Below, one piece after another: positions 29,285 to 38,728 of a DNA stretch of 64,000 nt; the first letter of the stretch is position 1, and every line of letters starts with the position of its first letter. The DNA comes from Bacteroidales bacterium GP1 (GTDB taxonomy: Bacteria > Bacteroidota > Bacteroidia > Bacteroidales > Muribaculaceae). The position numbers and the translations under genes were made by a program. Below the pieces are notes generated by a model. That model was not told where the DNA came from. It searched no databases and worked only from the letters and a program-made list of their open reading frames with translations. Location of the stretch: the NCBI GenBank assembly GCA_001701105.1, contig DAAI01000009.1, forward strand, positions 41,100-105,099, given 5' to 3'.

Positions 29285-30400
29285 ATGGACGATGCATTGA
29301 TCGAAAAGGTCGCAATATCATTGACTCCGGGAGCTTCCGCCGCTATTGTAAGGGCCATGGAGGAGAATTGCGTGGGACTTGATGATTTTTTCAGTCTCGG
29401 GATGCGGCAATTGACCGAGAGATTGGGAGCTACCCGCAAATTACGCATCGAAGATTCAGCCCGTCAGGAAGCGTTGATAAAAGCAAGAAAGGAAGTCGAT
29501 TTCATGCATCGCCATAATATCAGGGGCTTCTTTCTCGGTGATGATGATTATCCTCCTCTTCTTGCGGAATTGCATGATGCCCCTGTGATGCTTTATGTGC
29601 TCGGTGATGCCGATTTGGATCCGGAACACTCTCTGGCTTTAGTAGGCACACGCCGTTGCACCCAATACGGCTCCTCCTTCGTAAATGGATTTTTGGCTGA
29701 TATGGCCATATATTTCCCGGAGCTGATGGTGGTGAGCGGCCTCGCATTCGGTATAGACGCCACAGCTCATATATACTCAATTGAAAATCATCTTCCTACC
29801 GTGGCCGTTCTCGCGCATGGACTCGACATGATATATCCTGCCCAGAATCGGGATTTAGGCAAAAGAATACTAAATTCCGGTGGCGCTCTGGTTTCGGAAT
29901 ATCCCTCAGGCACAACTCCCTACCGAAATAATTTCCTTCTGCGCAACCGTATTGTGGCCGGACTCGCGGAACTTACCATAGTAGTGGAATCAGAAATTAA
30001 AGGCGGTGCCATGAACACTGCCAATCAGGCTTTTATAAATAATAGAGAGGTTATGGCGCTGCCGGGAAGAGCCACCGATCCGATGAGTAGCGGATGCAAT
30101 CACTTGATTAGAAAGCAAAAAGCGCAGTTATTGACAAGTGCCGCTGATATTATTGAAATGCTCGGCTGGAAACCTCTTGATATGAAGGAATTGCCGAAAG
30201 AGCGCAATTTATTTCCGGAATTGGAAGGAATTGCTTCACAAATTTATTCAATCATGCGTGAAGAATCTGCACCTATCACTGCCGATCAGCTGAAACTTAG
30301 ACTGGGAATAAAAATAAAAGAATTGATTTCTACTCTAAGCGAAATGGAATTTGATGGGATTATAAATAAACTTCCCGGTGCCCGCTACGAATTAGCATGA
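29285..30400 (+). CDS. dprA: DNA-processing protein DprA
   Basis: YPPLLAEL.DAP, LVGTR, VVSGLAFGIDATAH, RNRIVAGL, C-terminal winged helix. Confidence 0.95.
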   Translation: MDDALIEKVAISLTPGASAAIVRAMEENCVGLDDFFSLGMRQLTERLGATRKLRIEDSARQEALIKARKEVDFMHRHNIRGFFLGDDDYPPLLAELHDAPVMLYVLGDADLDPEHSLALVGTRRCTQYGSSFVNGFLADMAIYFPELMVVSGLAFGIDATAHIYSIENHLPTVAVLAHGLDMIYPAQNRDLGKRILNSGGALVSEYPSGTTPYRNNFLLRNRIVAGLAELTIVVESEIKGGAMNTANQAFINNREVMALPGRATDPMSSGCNHLIRKQKAQLLTSAADIIEMLGWKPLDMKELPKERNLFPELEGIASQIYSIMREESAPITADQLKLRLGIKIKELISTLSEMEFDGIINKLPGARYELA

Positions 30401-30447
30401 CCGGGAAGTAACCGACCGGTTGAATTATACTTATTTACAAATTATTA

Positions 30448-31341
30448 TCAATAAGGCAATTCCACCATTCTATCCAGAACAGTCTCCACAAGATTACGGA
30501 GTCTTGGCTTATAATCGGTATCAGCCTTATTGGCTCTGCGCTCTGCTATGATACAACATACTGTCATGGCCCGATGGCCTAATAGTTTTGCCATCCCTTG
30601 AAGACAAGCCGATTCCATCTCAAAATTGGTTATCGGTCGTCCATCATATCGGAAACTCTCAATCTTCTCGTTAAGATTAGGATCAGCCAGTTTCAACCTC
30701 ACTTGCCGCCCTTGCGGGGCATAAAACCCAACAGCTGCTATAGTATAGCCACGCATCATATCATCGCGCCCGATGCAGGCTACAAGTTCCCTATCTGCCT
30801 CTACAGTATAGGGTGCGGCCCATGTCTTGTTCCAGCCGGTATGCGCCATAAACTTATGCTCAAAATCAAGGTCGCATACTTTATCACGGTCTGCATAGAA
30901 ATTCAGGATACCGTCAAATCCAGTGCCTTTTTCAGCTATCACATAATCTCCTATGTGCAAATCTTCTTGCAAGGAGCCGGATGTTCCGATACGCACGATA
31001 TTGAGTGTCCGATGGACAGGATTCTCCTTTCGTGTATTGAAATCGACATTGGCAAGAGCATCAAGCTCCGTAACTACGATCTCTATGTTATCCGGCCCGA
31101 TACCATGTGAAATGCACATGATAGGCTTACCCTTATATGTGCCTCCGATTGCATGAAATTCACGGCTCTGCTCATCATAATCCTTAGTATCGAAATATGA
31201 TGCCACCATGTCAACCCTGCCCGGATCACCTACAAATATGATATTGTCACGCAATTGCTCCGGAGTAAGATGGATGTGAAAAGCACTTCCATCCTCATTT
31301 ATTATTAGCTCCGACGGAGGTATGATTCTATCCTTTTCCAT
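30448..31341 (-). CDS. Nucleoside (uridine) phosphorylase, PNP/UDP family 1
   Basis: VGDPGRV, SHGIGPDNIEIV, RIGTSG, GFYAPQGR, NFEMES; start at MEKDRIIPPSELIIN. Confidence 0.92.
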   Translation of the reverse strand: MEKDRIIPPSELIINEDGSAFHIHLTPEQLRDNIIFVGDPGRVDMVASYFDTKDYDEQSREFHAIGGTYKGKPIMCISHGIGPDNIEIVVTELDALANVDFNTRKENPVHRTLNIVRIGTSGSLQEDLHIGDYVIAEKGTGFDGILNFYADRDKVCDLDFEHKFMAHTGWNKTWAAPYTVEADRELVACIGRDDMMRGYTIAAVGFYAPQGRQVRLKLADPNLNEKIESFRYDGRPITNFEMESACLQGMAKLLGHRAMTVCCIIAERRANKADTDYKPRLRNLVETVLDRMVELPY

Positions 31342-31498
31342 AATAATGATGATTATAATTATATAACAATTACAATCTCCATACGTTTCAGTCATTGTTA
31401 AAATTATCTGAACACTCGGCGAAATATTGACACCGGGATTGATACGGAATGAAAAATATTCAAATCCACGGGATTTTTTCGTAAAGACAGATATAATA

Positions 31499-31530
31499 TT
31501 TGTCAGAACGAAAAAAAAGATGTAATTTTG
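31499..31530 (+). promoter_or_regulatory. Consensus Bacteroidetes housekeeping promoter upstream of tRNA-Ser
   Basis: TTTG (31499-31502), 20-nt spacer, TAATTTTG (31523-31530). Confidence 0.75.
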
Positions 31531-31534
31531 CAGA

Positions 31535-31625
31535 CGCAAGAGAGCAATACAGAGGTAACCTATAACAACGCCCAGTTAGGATTCTAACCGAACGTAATGA
31601 ATAGACATCCTTTGTCATCAGGTCT
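31535..31625 (+). ncRNA. Candidate structured RNA / tRNA leader
   Basis: Nested complementarity ACAGAGG/CCTTTGT, CTAT/ATAG, ACG/CGT, GTTAG-gatt-CTAAC forming a rod-like hairpin between the promoter and the tRNA. Confidence 0.35.
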
Positions 31626-31647
31626 GAATAAGAAAATCTACGACATT

Positions 31648-31736
31648 GGAAAGATGCCGGAGTGGTCGATCGGGACGGTCTCGAAAACCGTTGTACCCTT
31701 TGGGTACCCAGGGTTCGAATCCCTGTCTTTCCGCCA
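31648..31736 (+). tRNA. tRNA-Ser(CGA)
   Basis: Acceptor GGAAAGA/TCTTTCC, D-loop AGTGG, anticodon arm ACGGT-CT-CGA-AA-ACCGT, long variable arm, GTTCGAATC T-loop, discriminator G and encoded CCA. Confidence 0.97.
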
Positions 31737-31768
31737 TACAGCTTGAGCATCAAGTTGCAAGACAAAAT

Positions 31769-31806
31769 ACCCAATTTTACACCCGATTTTGGGAGTGAAA
31801 TTGGGT
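31769..31806 (+). terminator. Putative terminator after tRNA-Ser
   Basis: Inverted repeat ACCCAATTTTACACCC...GGGAGTGAAATTGGGT. Confidence 0.6.
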
Positions 31807-31915
31807 CTGTTGTATCAGGACTATAATATTACAATTAACATGCTGCATAATATGAATTATAATCCTGACCGATAAAAGATTATTAAGTATATCCTACTCA
31901 GAAACACCATATATT

Positions 31916-34375
31916 ATGAACTTCAATCAAATCATTGCCGGCGTAATGTTGATTATGGCCAACACTGTGTCAGCACAAGTGGTGATAAACATCGATGCTG
32001 ATAAAAGAGGCCCGATGGTGGGCCCTACTCATTACGGTATCTTCTATGAGGACATTAATCATGCTGCCGATGGTGGACTATATGCTGAATTGATAAGAAA
32101 TCGCTCGTTTGAGGACGATTCGGTGCCTTGCAACTGGTTCAGCATAGGTAATGCCGAAATGTCATTAGTGAAGGATGATTTACTTAATAATGTTCAGCAC
32201 AATGCTTTAAAGGTCATAATAAATAATGAAGGCGATGGCATCCGCAACGCAGGATTCTGGGGTATGAATGCCGTCGAAGGGAAAGAATATAAACTTTCCT
32301 TCTGGGCTAAGAGCCCCACGAGCTACAAAGGGACAATCACTGCCCGGCTCCAATCTGCATCCGGCGAATCGCTCGGAGAAACGAAAATGAGGGTCGCACT
32401 ATCTAAGGATTGGAAAAAATATACGACTACCATTACTGCCACAGGCAATGATCCGAAGGCTGAATTTACCCTAACTTCTGATAAAGCCGGGGAAATTCAA
32501 CTTGATGTGGTCAGTTTGTTCCCCCCCACATTCAAAAATAGAGAGAACGGCATGCGGCCCGATCTTGCTCAGATGCTCGCTGATATGCGTCCTCGCTTCA
32601 TGCGCTTTCCGGGGGGTTGTTTTGTTGAAGGACAGGATAGTCCTGACAACGCATTCAGATGGAAGCGCACCATCGGCCCAATTGAGCAACGCGAAGGACA
32701 TCCGAATGTAAATTGGGGATACCGTACAAGCGATGGCATTGGTTTTCATGAGTTTTTACAACTCGCGGAAGATCTTGGAGCAAAACCTCTATTTGTAGTC
32801 AATGTCGGCATATGGCACGGCGGATGTACTCCCTACGATCAGATTGATGAATGGATCGAGGAATGTCTCGACGCACTTGAATATGCTAATGGTGATATAA
32901 CAACAAAGTATGGCCGAATGCGCGCTGAAAACGGCCATCCTGAGCCTTTTAATCTTGAATATATCGAAATTGGCAACGAGAATTATAACTACAGTATGGA
33001 GGATAATTTTGACCAGAGTGACCATTATCCTGAACGCTATATCCAGTTCTATAATGCCATCAAGAAGAAATATCCTTATGTAAAATGTATTGGTAATGTC
33101 GAATCATGGGCCACGGATTCTCCATCCTGGCGTAATGATTATCCCGTCGAAATCGTTGACGAACACTATTATAGAAATCCGCAATGGTTCGGAGAGAGAT
33201 TCCACAAGTATGATAGTTACAATCGTTCAGGACCCCGCATATATGTCGGAGAATACGCTGTCACGAGTAATTTCGGAGAAAACGGAAATCTGAATGCTGC
33301 TCTGGGAGAGGCAGTATTTATGATGGGTATGGAAAACAATGCGGACATGGTGGTGATGAACTCCTACGCCCCAATATTCGTGAATGAAAATGATGCACGT
33401 TGGCGTCCGGATATGATTCGCTTCAATTCCTCGCAAGCAATGGGTACACCATCATATTACGTACAAAACCTCTTTTCAAATAACATAGGGAAGCAGGTGC
33501 TAATAACCGACTTTACATATAATCTGACCAAGCCAAAACCCGTTGAGGCCGATAAATCAAAGACCAAGCACATAGGCTTCGCCACATGGGGAACTGATGC
33601 CACATACCGTAATCCTCAACTTATCATCAATGGCAGATCTATTCCATTGAGTGATATTTCACAATGGCATAAGGCCCTTGGAAACTGGACTATATCTAAC
33701 GATGAAGTCAGGCAGCAGGGCAATAGTCAGCCGGCCATGATTGTATGTCCGGAACCCATTGATGCTGATACGTATACCTTTAAGGTTCAAGCTAAGAAGC
33801 TCGCTGGAGCGGAAGGCTTCATTGCGATGTTCGGCCAGGAGGATGTGGACAATTATTTATGGTACAATGTCGGCGGATGGACCAATACGCTCAATAATGT
33901 GGAGCAGGCTTTTGATGGCAACAGGAATCCAATATGCGATGGAACGCGTTTCAGTGTTGAACCCGGCCGATGGTATGATATTCAGGTCGATGTGGTTGGC
34001 GACAGCATAAAATGTTATCTCGATGGGCAACTTGATCTCTCCTGTAAAGCGAGGGAAAATTCTCAGTACGAAGGAGTTTTCGCCTCAACGACTATTGATG
34101 ATTCGGAAAAGTTGATGTATGTAAAAGTTGTGAATGTGGGCAGTGGGTTTTCTGATGGAATTATCAATCTATGGAATTGTAGAGTCGATACGACTAAGGA
34201 TGATCCTGTTACACTCATTCGCTTGTCATCGGAAAAAGGGAGAGATGAAAATACTATGGATAATCCAGATAAAATCAGTCCCGTAACTGCACAGGCAGAG
34301 AAAATTTCTGAAACCGACATACGTTTCAATGTGCCTCCATATTCCGTCAATATTCTAAAAATCAAACTAAAATAA
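31916..34375 (+). CDS. GH51 alpha-L-arabinofuranosidase with CBM4/9-like and inserted lectin-like domains
   Basis: GIFYEDINHAADGGLYAELIRNRSFE, RFPGGCFVEG, EIGNEN, DEHYY, YVGEYA, SYAP. Confidence 0.93.
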   Translation: MNFNQIIAGVMLIMANTVSAQVVINIDADKRGPMVGPTHYGIFYEDINHAADGGLYAELIRNRSFEDDSVPCNWFSIGNAEMSLVKDDLLNNVQHNALKVIINNEGDGIRNAGFWGMNAVEGKEYKLSFWAKSPTSYKGTITARLQSASGESLGETKMRVALSKDWKKYTTTITATGNDPKAEFTLTSDKAGEIQLDVVSLFPPTFKNRENGMRPDLAQMLADMRPRFMRFPGGCFVEGQDSPDNAFRWKRTIGPIEQREGHPNVNWGYRTSDGIGFHEFLQLAEDLGAKPLFVVNVGIWHGGCTPYDQIDEWIEECLDALEYANGDITTKYGRMRAENGHPEPFNLEYIEIGNENYNYSMEDNFDQSDHYPERYIQFYNAIKKKYPYVKCIGNVESWATDSPSWRNDYPVEIVDEHYYRNPQWFGERFHKYDSYNRSGPRIYVGEYAVTSNFGENGNLNAALGEAVFMMGMENNADMVVMNSYAPIFVNENDARWRPDMIRFNSSQAMGTPSYYVQNLFSNNIGKQVLITDFTYNLTKPKPVEADKSKTKHIGFATWGTDATYRNPQLIINGRSIPLSDISQWHKALGNWTISNDEVRQQGNSQPAMIVCPEPIDADTYTFKVQAKKLAGAEGFIAMFGQEDVDNYLWYNVGGWTNTLNNVEQAFDGNRNPICDGTRFSVEPGRWYDIQVDVVGDSIKCYLDGQLDLSCKARENSQYEGVFASTTIDDSEKLMYVKVVNVGSGFSDGIINLWNCRVDTTKDDPVTLIRLSSEKGRDENTMDNPDKISPVTAQAEKISETDIRFNVPPYSVNILKIKLK

Positions 34376-34408
34376 CCGAATTTATTGGTTTACCTTTGAT
34401 CCTAATGG

Positions 34409-34459
34409 ATAAATTATCCGGGAGACAGCGAGTAACAGCGTATCTCCCGGACAATTTAT
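34409..34459. terminator. Bidirectional terminator between convergent GH51 and alpha/beta hydrolase
   Basis: ATAAATTaTCCGGGAGA...TCTCCCGGAcAATTTAT. Confidence 0.7.
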
Positions 34460-34474
34460 TATGACCCATTTCCG

Positions 34475-35761
34475 TCATAATGATTTTAGCCATCCGGTGA
34501 TTATTTCCAATATTTCAGGGGCGATTGTTTCTTCTATCATGGCATACTCATCAACCGAACCGATGGAACAATGTTGAAACAAATGATTCAACCCTTCCAA
34601 CTCTCTGATTAAATTAATAGAATTTACCGGTAGACCCTTCTTTAAAGCATCTAAATTTTCACGGGATGATACTTGAGTATCTTTCGTGCCATTTAATGCC
34701 AAAACCGGACAGTCTATTTTTCCCAATTTATCCTTAATATCTAAAGCAAGGAAATATTGCATATAGGGAGTGGAGATTTGCTGCCTCACAGTTTGCAGGT
34801 TTCGTTTTAATTCGACGGGTAATTCCGAGTTTTCCATTCTTTGTAACGCCGAAGAATCATTACGGAATAATAACGATAAAATATCACAATACTCATCTAT
34901 CACAGCTTGGGAATATCCCGCCTTCGATAAAGCATATCTATTCTGATTCATTAAGGTTTCCTTACCGGATATTGCCATTCCTGCCAGGCATACAATGAAA
35001 TCCACCTTATTTTCAGCTCCTAACATCATTGCGATTGTTCCCCCTTCGCTATGCCCGAGCGCTCCCACATTATTGAATCTATTTCGTAATAATTCAATCC
35101 CGGCCAGCGCATCGGCCGCAAGATCAGCAGTGGTGCAATTCACCGCATCGCCTGTTGATTCAGCAAATCCACGGTCGTCATACCGTAAGGTCGCTATTCC
35201 ATTTCTTGCCAACGCATCCGCAATTACGGCAAACGGTTTATGATTAAAAACCTCCTCATCACGATTCTGACTACCGCTTCCGGTAATCAATATCAAAACG
35301 GGAGTTTCACGGTCATATCCTTCAGGTAAGGTCAGGGTGCCTTTCAATGTTGCATCACCATTTTCAAAACTCACTTCTTCTTGCGAATATGGATAAGGAG
35401 GCCGTGGAGTCTGCGGTCGGTTGGGTATGTTCTCACCAGGAGATAATATCAACGGGAAACTCATGCCCCTTTGCGTGAATGTTCCGGTTAGTCTTGAATC
35501 TTTAAAACTCCCTGTGAAGGAAGCCCCTATCAGCGGAATGTTGATAGAGATGCTGTCATTTGCAGATATTGTAACCTTCATGGGAATTCCTTTTACTCCT
35601 TGAGCAGGTGAATCAAGCGTAGGATTGTTTTCATCCAAATGAAATACCAACGGCAATTTTATTCCTTGCACGTTCAATTCCCCCGACCATGCACCTGTGT
35701 AGGTATTTGCATAGCAAATAACGGTTCCCAAGAGCAAAATCAGTAACACTAACTTTCTCAT
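34475..35761 (-). CDS. Exported alpha/beta hydrolase (serine esterase/peptidase)
   Basis: RPQTP..PYPY, GSGSQNRDE, RYDDRG, GHSEGG nucleophile, GTKDTQV, LNHLFQ. Confidence 0.88.
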   Translation of the reverse strand: MRKLVLLILLLGTVICYANTYTGAWSGELNVQGIKLPLVFHLDENNPTLDSPAQGVKGIPMKVTISANDSISINIPLIGASFTGSFKDSRLTGTFTQRGMSFPLILSPGENIPNRPQTPRPPYPYSQEEVSFENGDATLKGTLTLPEGYDRETPVLILITGSGSQNRDEEVFNHKPFAVIADALARNGIATLRYDDRGFAESTGDAVNCTTADLAADALAGIELLRNRFNNVGALGHSEGGTIAMMLGAENKVDFIVCLAGMAISGKETLMNQNRYALSKAGYSQAVIDEYCDILSLLFRNDSSALQRMENSELPVELKRNLQTVRQQISTPYMQYFLALDIKDKLGKIDCPVLALNGTKDTQVSSRENLDALKKGLPVNSINLIRELEGLNHLFQHCSIGSVDEYAMIEETIAPEILEIITGWLKSL

Positions 35762-35784
35762 ATTTAATTTAATAACTTAAATAA

Positions 35785-37272
35785 TTAATCTACAAATTTC
35801 ACCGGAATAGTTTCTCCTTCGAGAGCCTTCACAATCTCGGAGCGGGAGAATTTGAAAGGAGCTACAAAAAATTCCGGCATATTGTACGATTTCATAAAAT
35901 TAGCGTAGTGATCCGGATTCTCTTGAGGCAAGATAAATGCTTTGGAATCCTTACCATCCTTGCTTATGTATGCGATATATGGATGTGTATATTGGCCATC
36001 CTCTCGGCGGGAACTAAACACAATCCATCTTGAATTCGACGACCATGAATGATAGCTTTCGGATTCATTGCTGTTGGCATTGGAAAGTGGCCGTTCCTCC
36101 CCTGTTGCAAGATCGGTTACGAAAAGATCGCTTTCAGAATGAGGCAGATGAAACGTTCCGAATGGAGCTTTGCAATAAAGAAGCAACTTGCCATCGGGTG
36201 ATATTCTCGGGTGTAACGCGCTTTGACCTTGAGCCGAGGCATACACTACCGTATCGGGCTCCGAGAAATTACGGCTTTCGGGATCGAATCTGCGACTTAG
36301 AATATCATAACGAATCTCTTTATAATAATCTTTTTCCGTTTCAGGCCCCACTCCTTCAGGATACCTGGCGGCCGCGTAATATAAGATTTTGCCATTGGGA
36401 TGCCAGCCGGGATAGGTTTCCAGAAGATTAGGATCGTTTGCCACATTCTTCATTGTCTCCCCCTTTATGTCATAGAGAATAATATCAGAGCGGAGATCAA
36501 ACACTTCCGGTCGGGTATCGCTGAAAGAGAAAAACATCTGTCGCGTTTCATTAGTGGAATATGCGATGAAATCATGTGTAGGATGCCATGCCGTATAGAC
36601 TCCGGATGTGATAGTGCTGTCGCTTTTTAAATTAATCTTTTTGATGGAATCCCCCGCCATTATAAGAGTACCTCCATTATTCAGACGCACATGGATTTGG
36701 GATGCACCGTCGCTGTAATTATTCCGCGGCACATGGCAGTTGATACAGAACTGGCGCCCTTGCGTGGTGTGTGTTGAATTATTGAATACAAGGTTCTCAT
36801 CCCATGAAGTGAGATCACGCTGACATATTGATAATGAACCGAACTGACTGTACAAAGGCTCAATCAATCTATAACTCAAATATGGGTCAATCTCCTCCAG
36901 GGCAACCATATTGGAGAATATATAGCGGTTCCATTTCCCGGTTGTATCCTTTACGAAGATTTCATATTTCAGATCTTTCCCTTTTGATTCTTCTAACAGG
37001 GTATGCCATTCCTTCAAATTCAATTTCACCACGCGCCCATTCTCAACTATTTCCTTTCCGGCCGGAGAACTTATTCTGGTAATAAATTCCTCTCCCGGAA
37101 TTTTTATCTCGAAATTCAATGGAGCGATATTCGGGGGAATAATAAGATCAGTATAGTCCGGATAAATCTCCGGCTTTATGGAGGCGTCGGTCACTCCTTC
37201 TGTAGGTACGCTTACTGTTGAACAGGCTGATAACAGGCCCAATACAAACAATAGATATATATATCGTTTCAT
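35785..37272 (-). CDS. TolB-like (PD40/WD40) beta-propeller lipoprotein with a CxxCH motif
   Basis: Lipobox LSAC; IYPDY..IPPNIAPLNF; CINCH; repeats WHPNGK, ISPDGK, WSSNSRWIVFSSRR. Confidence 0.85.
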   Translation of the reverse strand: MKRYIYLLFVLGLLSACSTVSVPTEGVTDASIKPEIYPDYTDLIIPPNIAPLNFEIKIPGEEFITRISSPAGKEIVENGRVVKLNLKEWHTLLEESKGKDLKYEIFVKDTTGKWNRYIFSNMVALEEIDPYLSYRLIEPLYSQFGSLSICQRDLTSWDENLVFNNSTHTTQGRQFCINCHVPRNNYSDGASQIHVRLNNGGTLIMAGDSIKKINLKSDSTITSGVYTAWHPTHDFIAYSTNETRQMFFSFSDTRPEVFDLRSDIILYDIKGETMKNVANDPNLLETYPGWHPNGKILYYAAARYPEGVGPETEKDYYKEIRYDILSRRFDPESRNFSEPDTVVYASAQGQSALHPRISPDGKLLLYCKAPFGTFHLPHSESDLFVTDLATGEERPLSNANSNESESYHSWSSNSRWIVFSSRREDGQYTHPYIAYISKDGKDSKAFILPQENPDHYANFMKSYNMPEFFVAPFKFSRSEIVKALEGETIPVKFVD

Positions 37273-37294
37273 AACATTATTAATCGGATAATAA

Positions 37295-38728
37295 TCATTC
37301 CCCCCTCATCATCTCTTCGGCACGGAGAGCCATCAGGAAGTCATAATCCGGCATTGTCTTTACAAGAGAAGGATTATCGATATATTTCTGCATGTCTTCT
37401 GCCCAGCGCCGATGGAACATAGTGCGCATAAGAAGGTTATTGAATTTTTTGGCGAATTTCATATCCCCGTTCATTATTGCATTCAATACAATATATTTGA
37501 TGAAGTAGGCTTTGTTGCCATATTGGACCACATGCTCCGTGGCCCATCGATGCGACTGATTGAACCTTCCCATATGATGATTCACGGGAACATATACGAA
37601 ACCGGTGATCGTATAGCGTTCATCATGTCTCGGATCCGTAAAACCTGCTGTCATATTTCCCAAGTCGCGTTGTCCTCTTCCTGAATATGCTCTTGCAAGA
37701 TTTTCAAGCACGCACATGGTATAATTGGGCGATTCTTTAGTGAGCGACATGATATGCAGAATCTTATTCCAGTCTTTCTTCTCAATGGCTTCAGTCATCA
37801 GAACCGTGGCTCTGAATTGCTCGCTTTTTTTATTGTCAGCCTTGAAGTTGAACACTATTCCTAAGCCATACAGAACGATGCCGAGACATATCAATATCTT
37901 TGATGAATTCAACCTCGTAATATTGGTGAAAGGTCGAAGAACGGAAGAAATCAACATAATGATCGAAGCAAACACAAACGGGCTCCATAGATACCAGTCA
38001 TAACCTTCCATTGTCAATTCAGGCAACCCTTTTAGATATAGATAATCATTGTCAACGGTCGTCCCGGTAAAGTACCGGTAATATATAAGAGGAATGATAA
38101 TCACCAATATTAAAGTACTGACAGCTGATACTGAAGATGGAATAATCTTATATTTCTTTGAATTGATGCAGATATCTATCACGCACATCACAGCCGGAAG
38201 AAGGGAGAAAAACCCTGCTATCGGATAAAGCAGCGACAAGATTATGGGAATTGCGATTCTTGCATATGAATATTTATCGTACACTGAATAGAGACAATAC
38301 GCACCGAGAGAAAATGTGAATCCGAGAGTATTGTAAAACACGTAACCTTGAGCTTCAAAAGTGAAACAAGCCTCATCAAAATGCAATACCGAAGCGAGCA
38401 GACAGAATGGTATAAGATAGCAGAACGTCCGCATCCCTGCGGAGATATTGAAAGAGACTTTGAACAGCCATGCATCGAACAGCCATAATAATATCAGCAC
38501 TCCTGCACCCAATGCCGGATAATATAAAAGTTGCGTAAGGAATGTACCGACAAATCTGAACACCCCTCCCGGATAATGCAAAAATTGCCTTAAGCTATCC
38601 AAACCCGGTTCAAAAAGCGACATTTCATCATACCATCTTAGAACATAGGCATTCTTCACAGCCAGAATCCAAAATGCAAATATCAGGAATATAGCAGCCG
38701 GTAATATCTTCAATAGAGTTCGTTTCAT
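37295..38728 (-). CDS. DUF6057-like polytopic membrane protein with C-terminal soluble helical domain
   Basis: YPGG..FLTQLLYYPALGA N-terminal signature, about 8-9 TM segments; family name recalled, not searched. Confidence 0.72.
   Translation of the reverse strand: MKRTLLKILPAAIFLIFAFWILAVKNAYVLRWYDEMSLFEPGLDSLRQFLHYPGGVFRFVGTFLTQLLYYPALGAGVLILLWLFDAWLFKVSFNISAGMRTFCYLIPFCLLASVLHFDEACFTFEAQGYVFYNTLGFTFSLGAYCLYSVYDKYSYARIAIPIILSLLYPIAGFFSLLPAVMCVIDICINSKKYKIIPSSVSAVSTLILVIIIPLIYYRYFTGTTVDNDYLYLKGLPELTMEGYDWYLWSPFVFASIIMLISSVLRPFTNITRLNSSKILICLGIVLYGLGIVFNFKADNKKSEQFRATVLMTEAIEKKDWNKILHIMSLTKESPNYTMCVLENLARAYSGRGQRDLGNMTAGFTDPRHDERYTITGFVYVPVNHHMGRFNQSHRWATEHVVQYGNKAYFIKYIVLNAIMNGDMKFAKKFNNLLMRTMFHRRWAEDMQKYIDNPSLVKTMPDYDFLMALRAEEMMRGE

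Noticed and set aside
31440..31454. TGATACGGAATGAAA, a close match to the xylan operator 15-mer
   Set aside because: Single copy 85 bp from the tRNA promoter -7 element, off the 60/81/102 register and without companion repeats; probably chance
31342..31539. N-terminal extension of the nucleoside phosphorylase ORF with a poly-Ile run
   Set aside because: AT-rich intergenic sequence overlapping the divergent tRNA promoter; homology begins at MEKDRII (31341)
31531..31647. Identification of the tRNA leader as SRP RNA or 6S RNA
   Set aside because: It lacks the SRP helix-8 motif, and no convincing 6S central bubble or length was seen; kept only as an unassigned candidate
31460..31774. 104-aa minus-strand ORF
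   Set aside because: It is the antisense reading of tRNA-Ser and its leader
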